Position numbers and translations under genes: made by a program
Part shown: positions 37,648 through 45,080 of the stretch, in pieces
Numbering within the stretch: position 1 is the stretch's first letter
How the letters are laid out: each line of letters starts with the position of its first letter
Notes under the pieces: generated by a model
Databases searched by the model: none
What the model saw: the letters and a program-made list of their open reading frames with translations, nothing else
What the model was told of the DNA's origin: nothing
Origin: an uncultured Acidobacteriota bacterium
GTDB lineage: Bacteria > Acidobacteriota > Vicinamibacteria > Vicinamibacterales > UBA823
Assembly: GCA_913052135.1 (NCBI GenBank)
Contig: CAJXDY010000008.1
Coordinates: forward strand, 161-64,160
Direction: 5' to 3'
DNA length: 64,000 nt

Positions 37648-39633
37648 GTGGGTCGGAGTCTGGACGAGATAGTGACGGACTGGCACTGGCCCGGATGGAT
37701 ACGTTTCGGTGGGTTCGTCGTGTTGGCGGGTGTTTCCGCGTTCACCCTGTACGCACGGACCTACCAAACCTTTGATCGGGTTCGGGTGCCAGTCATCACC
37801 GGTGAGCAGCAGCCGGTCGATGGCCTCTTAACTGTACCGCTTCCAGAGGTCCCAGACCTCGCCGGCCGGCCCACGGCAATCATTGTTAAATTACTGAACG
37901 CGGCGCGTTCAAGTCGCACCATCACGATTACTTTCAATGATACAGAACCGACGCACGTTGATCTTCGACCAGCGGAGACACGACGGATTGATCTCATGGT
38001 GCCCACGGGTGTCCAGCCGGGCGACATACTTGAGTTGCGTGGTGATGGGTCAGGTTGGGCGCTGTCCTCCTTGGAAATCGGGACCGCGCATGGATTTTCC
38101 CACGGCCTGTTCAGCCTAGTCATTGTGCCGGGGATCGTGAATGACTACGAATCCGTTTCCGCAGTGGGAGCGGTGGGGTTGTTTGTGGTATTGCTGGTCT
38201 TGTCGTGTGCACTGTTCCGCTTCGAGACGCATGCTTTGGTTCGACGCATTGAAACGAGTCTGATCAGTATCATCGGCGGCTTCTTCTGTCTCACCTGGCT
38301 TATCCCGACTGTGTCACCGTACAAGGTCCTGCTTTCGTGGAGTGCGTTGACCATCTGTTTGGGTGTTTTGTATATACCGGTCGTGATCCCGAGCGTGCGG
38401 GGACTGTGGCGCGGGTGCGTGAGACTGTGGCAGATCAAACTCGAGTTTTATTCTGCCAGGAAAAGGAGCCTGACACGGATTGGGCTCAGGACACTCTGTG
38501 GTGGCTTGGTTGCACTCTTTCTTGTTTCGATGAGTGGCTTTTACGCAAGCGAGACTGGGTTTACTTCCCTCATCTTGTTTGGAGAGCGATACGAGGCACA
38601 GGCATTACCAACGGTGCAAGCCTTGCCGCACTTTGTGGACTCATCGCCGGGTTACGATGGACAGTTTTATGCGCAGTTAGCCTTGGACCCGTTCTTCCAA
38701 GATCCGCTCATTGAACACGCGATCGACACTTTTTCGTATCGTGCGCCCCGCATTCTCTTTTCCTGGACCGCGTTTCTCTTGGGTATGGGTCAACCGTCGT
38801 TGATTTTGCAAGCCTATGCGATTCAGAACATCCTGTGCTGGTTCATCTTGGCGTGGTTGCTGCTGCGGTGGGTGCCGCCGGCCACTTTTACCAATTTATT
38901 ACTGTGGACTGGTTGTCTCTTTGGGTACGGGTTGATTTCGTCAGTGCGGCTTTCACTGTTAGCCGGCCCCAGTTTGTTGCTCTTGGTGTTGGCGATGATA
39001 GCGCTTGAGCGGGGCCGGCCATGGATGGCCACGGCCGTCCTCGGGCTGGCGGGCCTTGGACGAGAAACGAATTTGCTGGCCGGCGTCGCAGTGCTTCCTC
39101 GCACCTGGCGGGTGTTTCGATTGCACGATCTTCTCGTGCCGGTCACTCGTGGCGTCGTGGTGGCAATGCCGTTCGCGCTGTGGCTCGCGTACCTTTACTG
39201 GTCCGACTACGGGGTAGTGCTTTCGTCGGGAGAGCACAACCTCGCGGCGCCCTTGTCGGCGCTCATCACTAAGTGGCGCGTGACGCTGTCGGAACTCTGG
39301 TTCAATCCCTGGGGGAAAACGTTTGCCCGATTTAGTTTTCTTACATTACTCAGCTTAACGCTCCAAGCAATCTTTCTCGTCTGGCAGCGCGATTGGACGT
39401 CACCGTGGTGGCGTGTGGGCATTGCATATGTGGGTCTGATGTGCATTTTGGGTCCAGCCGTGTGGGACGGTCATCAATTTGCGGCGAGTCGTGTGTTGTT
39501 ACCAATGACTGTCGCTTTTAATGTGCAACTCGCGCGTATGGGAGGTTTCTGGCCGTTGGCCATCCTTGGCAATGTGTCCGTGGTGGCGGGGTTGGAAACG
39601 CTTCGGGTGCCGTGGCTATGGCACTATCTCTGA
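37648..39633 (+). CDS. Large polytopic membrane protein (possible GT-C-like transferase), N-terminal beta-rich extracytoplasmic domain
   Basis: 661-aa ORF. The start is uncertain (GTG 37648 or GTG 37672). It has one N-terminal TM, a domain of about 130 aa (TITITFNDTEPTHVDLRPAETRRIDL) and then at least 10 hydrophobic helices. The loop motif SPGYDGQFYAQLALDPF is reminiscent of GT-C/PIG-V-like enzymes, but this family call is weak. Confidence 0.5.
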   Translation: MGRSLDEIVTDWHWPGWIRFGGFVVLAGVSAFTLYARTYQTFDRVRVPVITGEQQPVDGLLTVPLPEVPDLAGRPTAIIVKLLNAARSSRTITITFNDTEPTHVDLRPAETRRIDLMVPTGVQPGDILELRGDGSGWALSSLEIGTAHGFSHGLFSLVIVPGIVNDYESVSAVGAVGLFVVLLVLSCALFRFETHALVRRIETSLISIIGGFFCLTWLIPTVSPYKVLLSWSALTICLGVLYIPVVIPSVRGLWRGCVRLWQIKLEFYSARKRSLTRIGLRTLCGGLVALFLVSMSGFYASETGFTSLILFGERYEAQALPTVQALPHFVDSSPGYDGQFYAQLALDPFFQDPLIEHAIDTFSYRAPRILFSWTAFLLGMGQPSLILQAYAIQNILCWFILAWLLLRWVPPATFTNLLLWTGCLFGYGLISSVRLSLLAGPSLLLLVLAMIALERGRPWMATAVLGLAGLGRETNLLAGVAVLPRTWRVFRLHDLLVPVTRGVVVAMPFALWLAYLYWSDYGVVLSSGEHNLAAPLSALITKWRVTLSELWFNPWGKTFARFSFLTLLSLTLQAIFLVWQRDWTSPWWRVGIAYVGLMCILGPAVWDGHQFAASRVLLPMTVAFNVQLARMGGFWPLAILGNVSVVAGLETLRVPWLWHYL

Positions 39634-39695
39634 GCAGTGAGGTGCGCTAGTATCAGACCGGCACGCGGCATGATTCCAAGGAGGCTGTTCTACTG

Positions 39696-40580
39696 ATGAC
39701 GACGAAACAGAATATTGACCCTCGAATCTTTGACCTCTATGACGAGTATTGCCATGGGCGCATCGACCGGCGCGAATTTCTTCATCGCGCGGCGGTGATG
39801 ACTATTGGTGGTGTATCTGCGCTCTGGATGGCGGAAGCCTTACTCCCGCGGTATGCCGAAGCGCAGACGATTTCGTTTACTGACTCGCGGATGAAGGGAA
39901 CCTACGTTGAGTATCCGTCGCCCGGTGGCACTTCGGGCACGATGCGGGGGTATTTAGTACAGCCGACGAGTGAGGGACCGCATCCGGCTGTCATGGTTAT
40001 TCATGAGAACCGTGGTCTGAATCCGCACATCGAAGACGTTGCCCGTCGTGCAGCGGTGGCTGGTTTTCTTGCGCTTGCGCCAGACGGCTTGTCGCCCGTC
40101 GGAGGATATCCTGGCAATGATGATGATGGGCGGACATTACAGCGAAGTCTCGACCCGGCACGACTGGATCAGGACATGGTGAACAGTGCACGGTATCTCA
40201 AGGACCACGAACTGTCTACGGGACGACTTGGGGCGACCGGCTTTTGCTGGGGTGGCGGCATGACGAACCGCCTCGCGGTGACCCTGGGTCGTGACTTGGC
40301 CGCTGGCGTGCCGTTCTATGGAGCCTCTGCGTCGAGTGATGAGGTGGCGAAGATCACCGCGGCCCTGATGATCATTTATGCTGGCACTGATCCTCGGATC
40401 AATGCGATGTGGCCCGAGTATGAAGCCGCCCTGAAGGCGGCCGGGGTGTCCTACGAGATGCATATGTTTGAAGGAACCCTGCACGGCTTTCATAATAATT
40501 CCACACCGCGCTATAACGAAGCAGCCGCAGCACTGGCGTGGAATCGCACCATCGGCTTCTTTCGGAAGCACTTGGTTTAG
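39696..40580 (+). CDS. Tat-exported dienelactone hydrolase-family protein
   Basis: 294-aa ORF preceded by RBS AAGGAGG. It has HGRIDRREFLHRAAVMTIGG, VIHENRGLNPHIEDVARR and the nucleophile motif GATGFCWGGG. Confidence 0.85.
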   Translation: MTTKQNIDPRIFDLYDEYCHGRIDRREFLHRAAVMTIGGVSALWMAEALLPRYAEAQTISFTDSRMKGTYVEYPSPGGTSGTMRGYLVQPTSEGPHPAVMVIHENRGLNPHIEDVARRAAVAGFLALAPDGLSPVGGYPGNDDDGRTLQRSLDPARLDQDMVNSARYLKDHELSTGRLGATGFCWGGGMTNRLAVTLGRDLAAGVPFYGASASSDEVAKITAALMIIYAGTDPRINAMWPEYEAALKAAGVSYEMHMFEGTLHGFHNNSTPRYNEAAAALAWNRTIGFFRKHLV

Positions 40581-40696
40581 ATTTACGAAGAGTAGCTATA
40601 TCGGACGACATGACCACTTCAAAATGTGTCGAGTTGCACATTTTCCTGCTGCAAGGTTCCATAGGAAAATAAATAGTCCAGACTCGTCACAACTCC

Positions 40697-42193
40697 CTAT
40701 CGATAGTCCGCGCCAGTCAAACTGTTTAACGTGGAGGACTGCCATTCGCGGAGCTGCTTCGCCAACGCGATTACGATGGCCGGTTCATCTGCAGCTAGGT
40801 TGTGTGTCTCTGCCGGATCGTCGCCGAGGTGAAATAGTTCCATGTCCGAGTCTGTGGCGCCATTGATGACGAGTTTGTAGTGGTGATCGAGGATGACGCG
40901 TGAACCCAGAAAGTCGTGTGTCTCGATCGTCCGGTAGTGAATGTTTTGAAAGTTGCGGGTCGAAATACCATTCATGAGTTTGACTAACGGTGTGGTTCCA
41001 ACCTGGAGGTCGGGGTTAATGTACGGGTCACGCGTCCGGTCGTTGAGGCTGTCACTATTGAAACTCCAAAAGAACAGCGGCGATGGCCTCGCGGTCATCG
41101 TGCCGTTGATCAACGGCATAAGATTGATGCCATCCAAGGGGCGTTCCGGTATTGCTTGGCCTGCGATCGCAGCAAGGGTCGGTAAGATATCGCTGGTGAT
41201 GGTCGGGAGTTGGGTGCTGCGCGGTGTGGAGATGTGCGCCGGCCATTCAATGACACCCGGTACGCGAATTCCACCGTCGTATAGGGTGCCTTTCAGCCCT
41301 CGCAACGGCGTGTCCGCGAGACCGCTCGGTGGCGTCCCATTGTCGCTGTTGTACCAGAGTAAAGTGTTCTCTCGCAGACCGGTTCGTTCGAGATACTCGC
41401 GCAGCGTCCCAATGGCGCGATCCATCGCCGTGATTTCGGCGTAGCGCTCACGTAATACCTCACGCAACGGCCGTTGAATTTGGGTGCCCGTCTCGTTCGA
41501 TGTCAATGACACAACCTGCGCTGCGTAACGAGTCGGCAGATCATCATACAGAGCAAGGTCTTGCGGTAAACCACTGTATGGCTCATGCGGTGAGCCGAAC
41601 CAGACCACCGCGAGGAACGGCGTGCCGTGTTGCGTTGACTTCTTAATAAAGCGAATAGTTTCGTCGATTAGAACGCCTGAACTCTCCCCGTCAAGACGGG
41701 TAGGTGGTCCGCCATTTCGTGACAGGACCGGATTCAGTTCAAAAAAATTGTCATGCGATAACCATTCATCAAATCCCATCGCCCCAGGGCTTGTGGGTGA
41801 CGTGGCCTTGACGGGTCCGACGTGCCACTTGCCAAAATGCCCCGTGGTGTACCCGGCCTCGCGTAATAGATGGGCGATGGTGATTTCTTCTGGACGGATC
41901 GACCAGTTTGGTGCAAACGTGCCGTACCGAATTGGGTGACGTCCCGTCAAGACACTCCCGCGAGTGGGGGAACAGTTCGGATGTGCGGCATAGAACCGAT
42001 CAAGGCGTAATCCAGTCGCCGCCATTTCATCAAGGACGGGTGTCTGCACATAGGGATGTCCGTTGTAACCCGTCTCTTCCCAGCCATGGTCGTCACCCAT
42101 GAGCAGAATGATGTTTGGGCGGTCCTCTGCCTGCGCCGCTGTTAGGTTGATAAACACGGTGGCGCAACAGGAGATAATAAGTTGTCGGGTCAT
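40697..42193 (-). CDS. Secreted sulfatase (Cys-type)
   Basis: 498-aa ORF with a signal peptide, PNIILLMGDDHGW and the signature NCSPTRGSVLTGR (CxPxR). Confidence 0.9.
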   Translation of the reverse strand: MTRQLIISCCATVFINLTAAQAEDRPNIILLMGDDHGWEETGYNGHPYVQTPVLDEMAATGLRLDRFYAAHPNCSPTRGSVLTGRHPIRYGTFAPNWSIRPEEITIAHLLREAGYTTGHFGKWHVGPVKATSPTSPGAMGFDEWLSHDNFFELNPVLSRNGGPPTRLDGESSGVLIDETIRFIKKSTQHGTPFLAVVWFGSPHEPYSGLPQDLALYDDLPTRYAAQVVSLTSNETGTQIQRPLREVLRERYAEITAMDRAIGTLREYLERTGLRENTLLWYNSDNGTPPSGLADTPLRGLKGTLYDGGIRVPGVIEWPAHISTPRSTQLPTITSDILPTLAAIAGQAIPERPLDGINLMPLINGTMTARPSPLFFWSFNSDSLNDRTRDPYINPDLQVGTTPLVKLMNGISTRNFQNIHYRTIETHDFLGSRVILDHHYKLVINGATDSDMELFHLGDDPAETHNLAADEPAIVIALAKQLREWQSSTLNSLTGADYR

Positions 42194-42298
42194 GGTTTTA
42201 GTCTATATTAATCATCGCATTACACGTCCAGTGGCAGGAGATGCAGGTTGAGTTGGAGTGTGATGCTCGGAGAACCATATTCTGAATTGGAGGAAGAG

Positions 42299-42829
42299 AT
42301 GCGTCTAGACCGAAACATGTGTGGGGGAGTGCTGGCGGTTGTTGTTTTACTGCTGGCCTCGTGTACAGCTGGGGATGTGACTGAGTCCACGACCGATGAA
42401 ACCGCGCCGCCAGTGGTTGCGGAAGTGGCGTTTGACCATGCGGCTCTGATGGGCAACTTTGTACGCGAGTTTAACGCGGACAACCCTGAGGCCCTTGCAA
42501 ATCTTTTCACCGATGATGGCTGTCGGATGCCTCCGAACCAACCAATCGTTGAAGGGAGAGCAATGCTGCTGGCACAGCTTGAGGCTGCGACCAGTATGAC
42601 TACCGGAGAACTGAAGCTCACCCTGACCTCATCCGAGTCCAGTGGTGAGTTGGCACATGGGACCGGGACCTTCGAACGTCTCGCCGCCGACGGATCAACG
42701 ATGGAATTCGGGAAGTGGATGGGCACGTACAAGCTCGTGGACGGCGTGTGGAAAATGCACTGCGACATTTGGAACACCAATCCATCGCCTTCAGATGAGT
42801 CTCAGGAGTCTGATGACGAGTCCTCCTGA
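42299..42829 (+). CDS. Lipoprotein of the SnoaL-like / DUF4440 (NTF2-fold) type with an acidic C-terminal tail
   Basis: ATG 42299 follows GGAGGAAGAG. The lipobox is LLLASC. The NTF2-like core includes FTDDGCRMPPNQP and KWMGTYKLVDGVWKMHCDIWN, and the tail is SPSDESQESDDESS. Confidence 0.6.
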   Translation: MRLDRNMCGGVLAVVVLLLASCTAGDVTESTTDETAPPVVAEVAFDHAALMGNFVREFNADNPEALANLFTDDGCRMPPNQPIVEGRAMLLAQLEAATSMTTGELKLTLTSSESSGELAHGTGTFERLAADGSTMEFGKWMGTYKLVDGVWKMHCDIWNTNPSPSDESQESDDESS

Positions 42830-43286
42830 AGAAGTTGCTACCACCTCGAAAGAACTGGCAGTGACCCTTCCATCTGCCGAAGGGCTGGAACAATTCGTCC
42901 GACGCTATTGGGAAATGCGCGACAAGCTTGACTCGATGCTTCAAAACCAAATCATCGAGATTCGTGGTAAGAAGTTTCGGTGTAAGGGGTTTTGGCGTGC
43001 CATTGCTCAAGGTTTTAAACTTGATCTGACGTGTCTCAAGGAAGAACGCTACGACCGCGATGGCGACTGGGGCTACATTGTGACCTACCGCGTGACTGAC
43101 CCGACCACGGGGCGGTCCGTCGATGGCGATGGCGCATGTGCAGTCTCAGAGCCATCAAAACGTGGCCCAATGGGCACGGAACACAATGTTCGGTCCCATG
43201 CTCACACACGGGCGAAGAATCGGGCCATCGCTGATATGGTGGCGTTTGGGGAAGTCACGGCAGATGAAGTACTGGGGACGGAATAG
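42813..43286 (+). CDS. Hypothetical cytoplasmic protein (C-terminal helix reminiscent of Rad52/ERF-type annealing proteins; unverified)
   Basis: The in-frame ATG at 42813 (alternative 42795) overlaps the upstream stop. The protein has no signal peptide. It has a beta-rich middle (GDWGYIVTYRVTDPTTGRSVDGDGACAV) followed by SHAHTRAKNRAIADMVAFGEVTADEV. Confidence 0.45.
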   Translation: MTSPPEEVATTSKELAVTLPSAEGLEQFVRRYWEMRDKLDSMLQNQIIEIRGKKFRCKGFWRAIAQGFKLDLTCLKEERYDRDGDWGYIVTYRVTDPTTGRSVDGDGACAVSEPSKRGPMGTEHNVRSHAHTRAKNRAIADMVAFGEVTADEVLGTE

Positions 43287-43968
43287 GCCATTAGTTGTGG
43301 TGGCGGTCACCTACTACATGGTTCTCATTCTCTTACTCGCGACACTAAGTACACCACTTCTTGCGCAATCTGATCTTGAGGATTTACGTAGACGTGCGGA
43401 CGAAGGGTATGTGCGGGCACAGTACAACTTGGCCTTGATGTACGACACGGGCCGAGGAGTTCCGGAAGATAACATGGAGGCCGTGCGTTGGTATCGTAAG
43501 GCGGCGGACCAAGGGAATGTGAGAGCACAGAATAACCTTGGGGTGATGTACGACGCTGGTGAGGGCGTTCCAGAAGACAACGCGGAAGCGGTGCGCTGGT
43601 ATCGTATGGCTGCGGAGCAAGGCGACGCTTCGGCTCAGTACAATCTTGGGGTGATGCACGACACTGGTGAAGGTGTTCCGGAAGACGACGAGGCTGCGGT
43701 GCGCTGGTATCGCGAAGCTGGAGAGCAAGGAGATGTAAGAGCGCTGCACAACTTGGGCTTGAAGCACTCCAATGGTCGAGGCGCTCCTCAGGATCGGATG
43801 TTGTCATATATGTGGTTTGACATTGTGGCGTCACGAACCACGGGAAGCTTACGACACGTTGCCATGCTCAATCGCGATCAAGAGAAGGCTTTTTTGACAC
43901 CTGCCCAAGTTACCGAAGCGCAACAACTTGCCCGAGAATGGAATGCGGCACATCCGCGCGAACCGTAA
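43264..43968 (+). CDS. Secreted Sel1-repeat (SLR/TPR-like) protein
   Basis: ATG 43264 (MKYWGRNRPLVVVAVTYYMVLILLLATLSTPLLAQ) overlaps the upstream gene by 23 nt; the alternative start is ATG 43318. There are four consecutive 36-aa Sel1 units of the form AQYNLGVMYDxGxGVPEDxxEAVRWYRxAAEQG. Confidence 0.8.
   Translation: MKYWGRNRPLVVVAVTYYMVLILLLATLSTPLLAQSDLEDLRRRADEGYVRAQYNLALMYDTGRGVPEDNMEAVRWYRKAADQGNVRAQNNLGVMYDAGEGVPEDNAEAVRWYRMAAEQGDASAQYNLGVMHDTGEGVPEDDEAAVRWYREAGEQGDVRALHNLGLKHSNGRGAPQDRMLSYMWFDIVASRTTGSLRHVAMLNRDQEKAFLTPAQVTEAQQLAREWNAAHPREP
43405..43836 (+). repeat. Four tandem 108-bp coding repeats (Sel1 units)
   Basis: The nucleotide-level period is 108. The near-identical strings gc(c/g)gtgcg(t/c)tggtatcg start at 43480, 43588 and 43696, and unit starts (GGG-xAT-GTG) are at 43405 and 43513. 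Confidence 0.8.
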
Positions 43969-44099
43969 GTGCCTCATCGGCAACATCTACTGGCAAAAGG
44001 GTTCCGTTGAAGTATGCTGTTACGAGGAAGGGCCTGATCCTTATCGCAGACAGAGAAGACCCTGCGGAGCTTGAACTGTTAACAGAATATGACATTGGG

Positions 44100-44513
44100 A
44101 TGACGCAGCCAGAGGAATCAAGCGCTCCGGAACCCGTGGGCGCCTATCCGCATGCACGCCGCGTAGGAAATCTGCTATTTCTGTCTGGAATCGGTCCGCG
44201 AGTGAGAGGACAACAGGAGATTCCGGGTGTCACGCGCGACGACGATGGACGTGTGGTTGCCCATGACATTGAAGCGCAGTGTCGATCGGTTTTCGAGAAT
44301 GTGCGTACCGTTCTAAAGGAATTCGGGTCTACGTGGGAACAATTGATCGACGTGACGGTCTTTCTGACGAACATGGCGGATGACTTCGACACGTTCAACA
44401 CGGTGTACGCTGAGTATTTCTCGACGAATCAACCATGCCGCACGACGGTGGAAGTGAATCGCTTGCCCACGCCGATCGCTATCGAACTGAAATGTATTGC
44501 CATAGTGGACTAA
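44100..44513 (+). CDS. RidA/YjgF/TdcF-family deaminase (candidate 2-aminomuconate deaminase in this context)
   Basis: ATG 44100 gives MTQPEESSAPEPVGAYPHARRVGNLLFLSGIGPR, and the protein ends in PCRTTVEVNRLPTPIAIELKCIAIV. This is classic RidA architecture. The track ORF's 54 upstream codons are unlikely to be coding. Confidence 0.8.
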   Translation: MTQPEESSAPEPVGAYPHARRVGNLLFLSGIGPRVRGQQEIPGVTRDDDGRVVAHDIEAQCRSVFENVRTVLKEFGSTWEQLIDVTVFLTNMADDFDTFNTVYAEYFSTNQPCRTTVEVNRLPTPIAIELKCIAIVD

Positions 44514-44529
44514 GTTGAGGAGTGAGAGA

Positions 44530-45042
44530 ATGCGCGAACTTAAGGCCTTTAACTTCAAGCAATGGATCGACGAGCATCGAGAGTTCCTCAAGCCCCCGGT
44601 TGGAAACAAGCTGGTGTTTCAAGATGCCGAGTTCATCGTGATGGTGGTGGGCGGGCCGAACAAACGAACGGATTATCACTACGACGAGAGCGAAGAGTTT
44701 TTCTATCAAGTGGAAGGCGATATTGTGCTCAAGATTATAGAGAACGACACGCCGATCGATATTCCGATTCGCGAAGGCGAGATCTTCCTGCTGCCAGCCA
44801 GGGTGCCACATTCTCCGCAGCGCGGGCCCAACACCGTCGGCTTGGTCATCGAGCGGAAGCGGACCGAGCACGAGAAGGACGGGCTCATCTGGTTCTGCGA
44901 GAAATGCCACCACAAACTCTACGAGGAATTTTTTCGTCTGGAGAACATCGAAACGCAATTGCCAACGGTCATTAGCCACTTCTATAGCTCGACTGAGCAT
45001 CGTACGTGTACGGAGTGTGGAACGGTGATGGCGCAACCGTAG
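44530..45042 (+). CDS. nbaC: 3-hydroxyanthranilate 3,4-dioxygenase
   Basis: ATG 44530 follows GAGGAG. The protein has FKQWIDEHREFLKPPVGNK, RTDYHYDESEEFFYQVEGD and LLPARVPHSPQR, and a C-terminal rubredoxin-like Cys4 site (CEKC...CTEC). Confidence 0.9.
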   Translation: MRELKAFNFKQWIDEHREFLKPPVGNKLVFQDAEFIVMVVGGPNKRTDYHYDESEEFFYQVEGDIVLKIIENDTPIDIPIREGEIFLLPARVPHSPQRGPNTVGLVIERKRTEHEKDGLIWFCEKCHHKLYEEFFRLENIETQLPTVISHFYSSTEHRTCTECGTVMAQP

Positions 45043-45080
45043 CGTCGGTCCTGTTAGGGACGACCGTTGCCTGAGGCGTG

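Noticed and set aside
37536-37775. 79-aa ORF in the gap between the enolase-family gene and the membrane protein
   Set aside because: It has no RBS, its composition is Arg/Ser-rich, and it overlaps the probable start of the membrane protein in another frame. It is likely non-coding.
40621-40644. AT-rich inverted repeat aaaatgtg...cacatttt between convergent genes
   Set aside because: It has only 8 A/T-rich base pairs with a 6-8 nt loop and no flanking T-tract. That is too weak to call a terminator.
42220-42780. 186-aa minus-strand ORF antisense to the NTF2-like lipoprotein gene
   Set aside because: It has a low-complexity Ser/Ala/Pro-rich translation. The plus-strand gene has an RBS, a lipobox and a fold-consistent sequence.
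43938-44099. 54-codon upstream extension of the RidA ORF, and the 43123-43263 extension of the Sel1 ORF
   Set aside because: The extensions overlap the preceding genes and lack family similarity. The internal ATGs give canonical N-termini (a RidA start and a signal peptide respectively).
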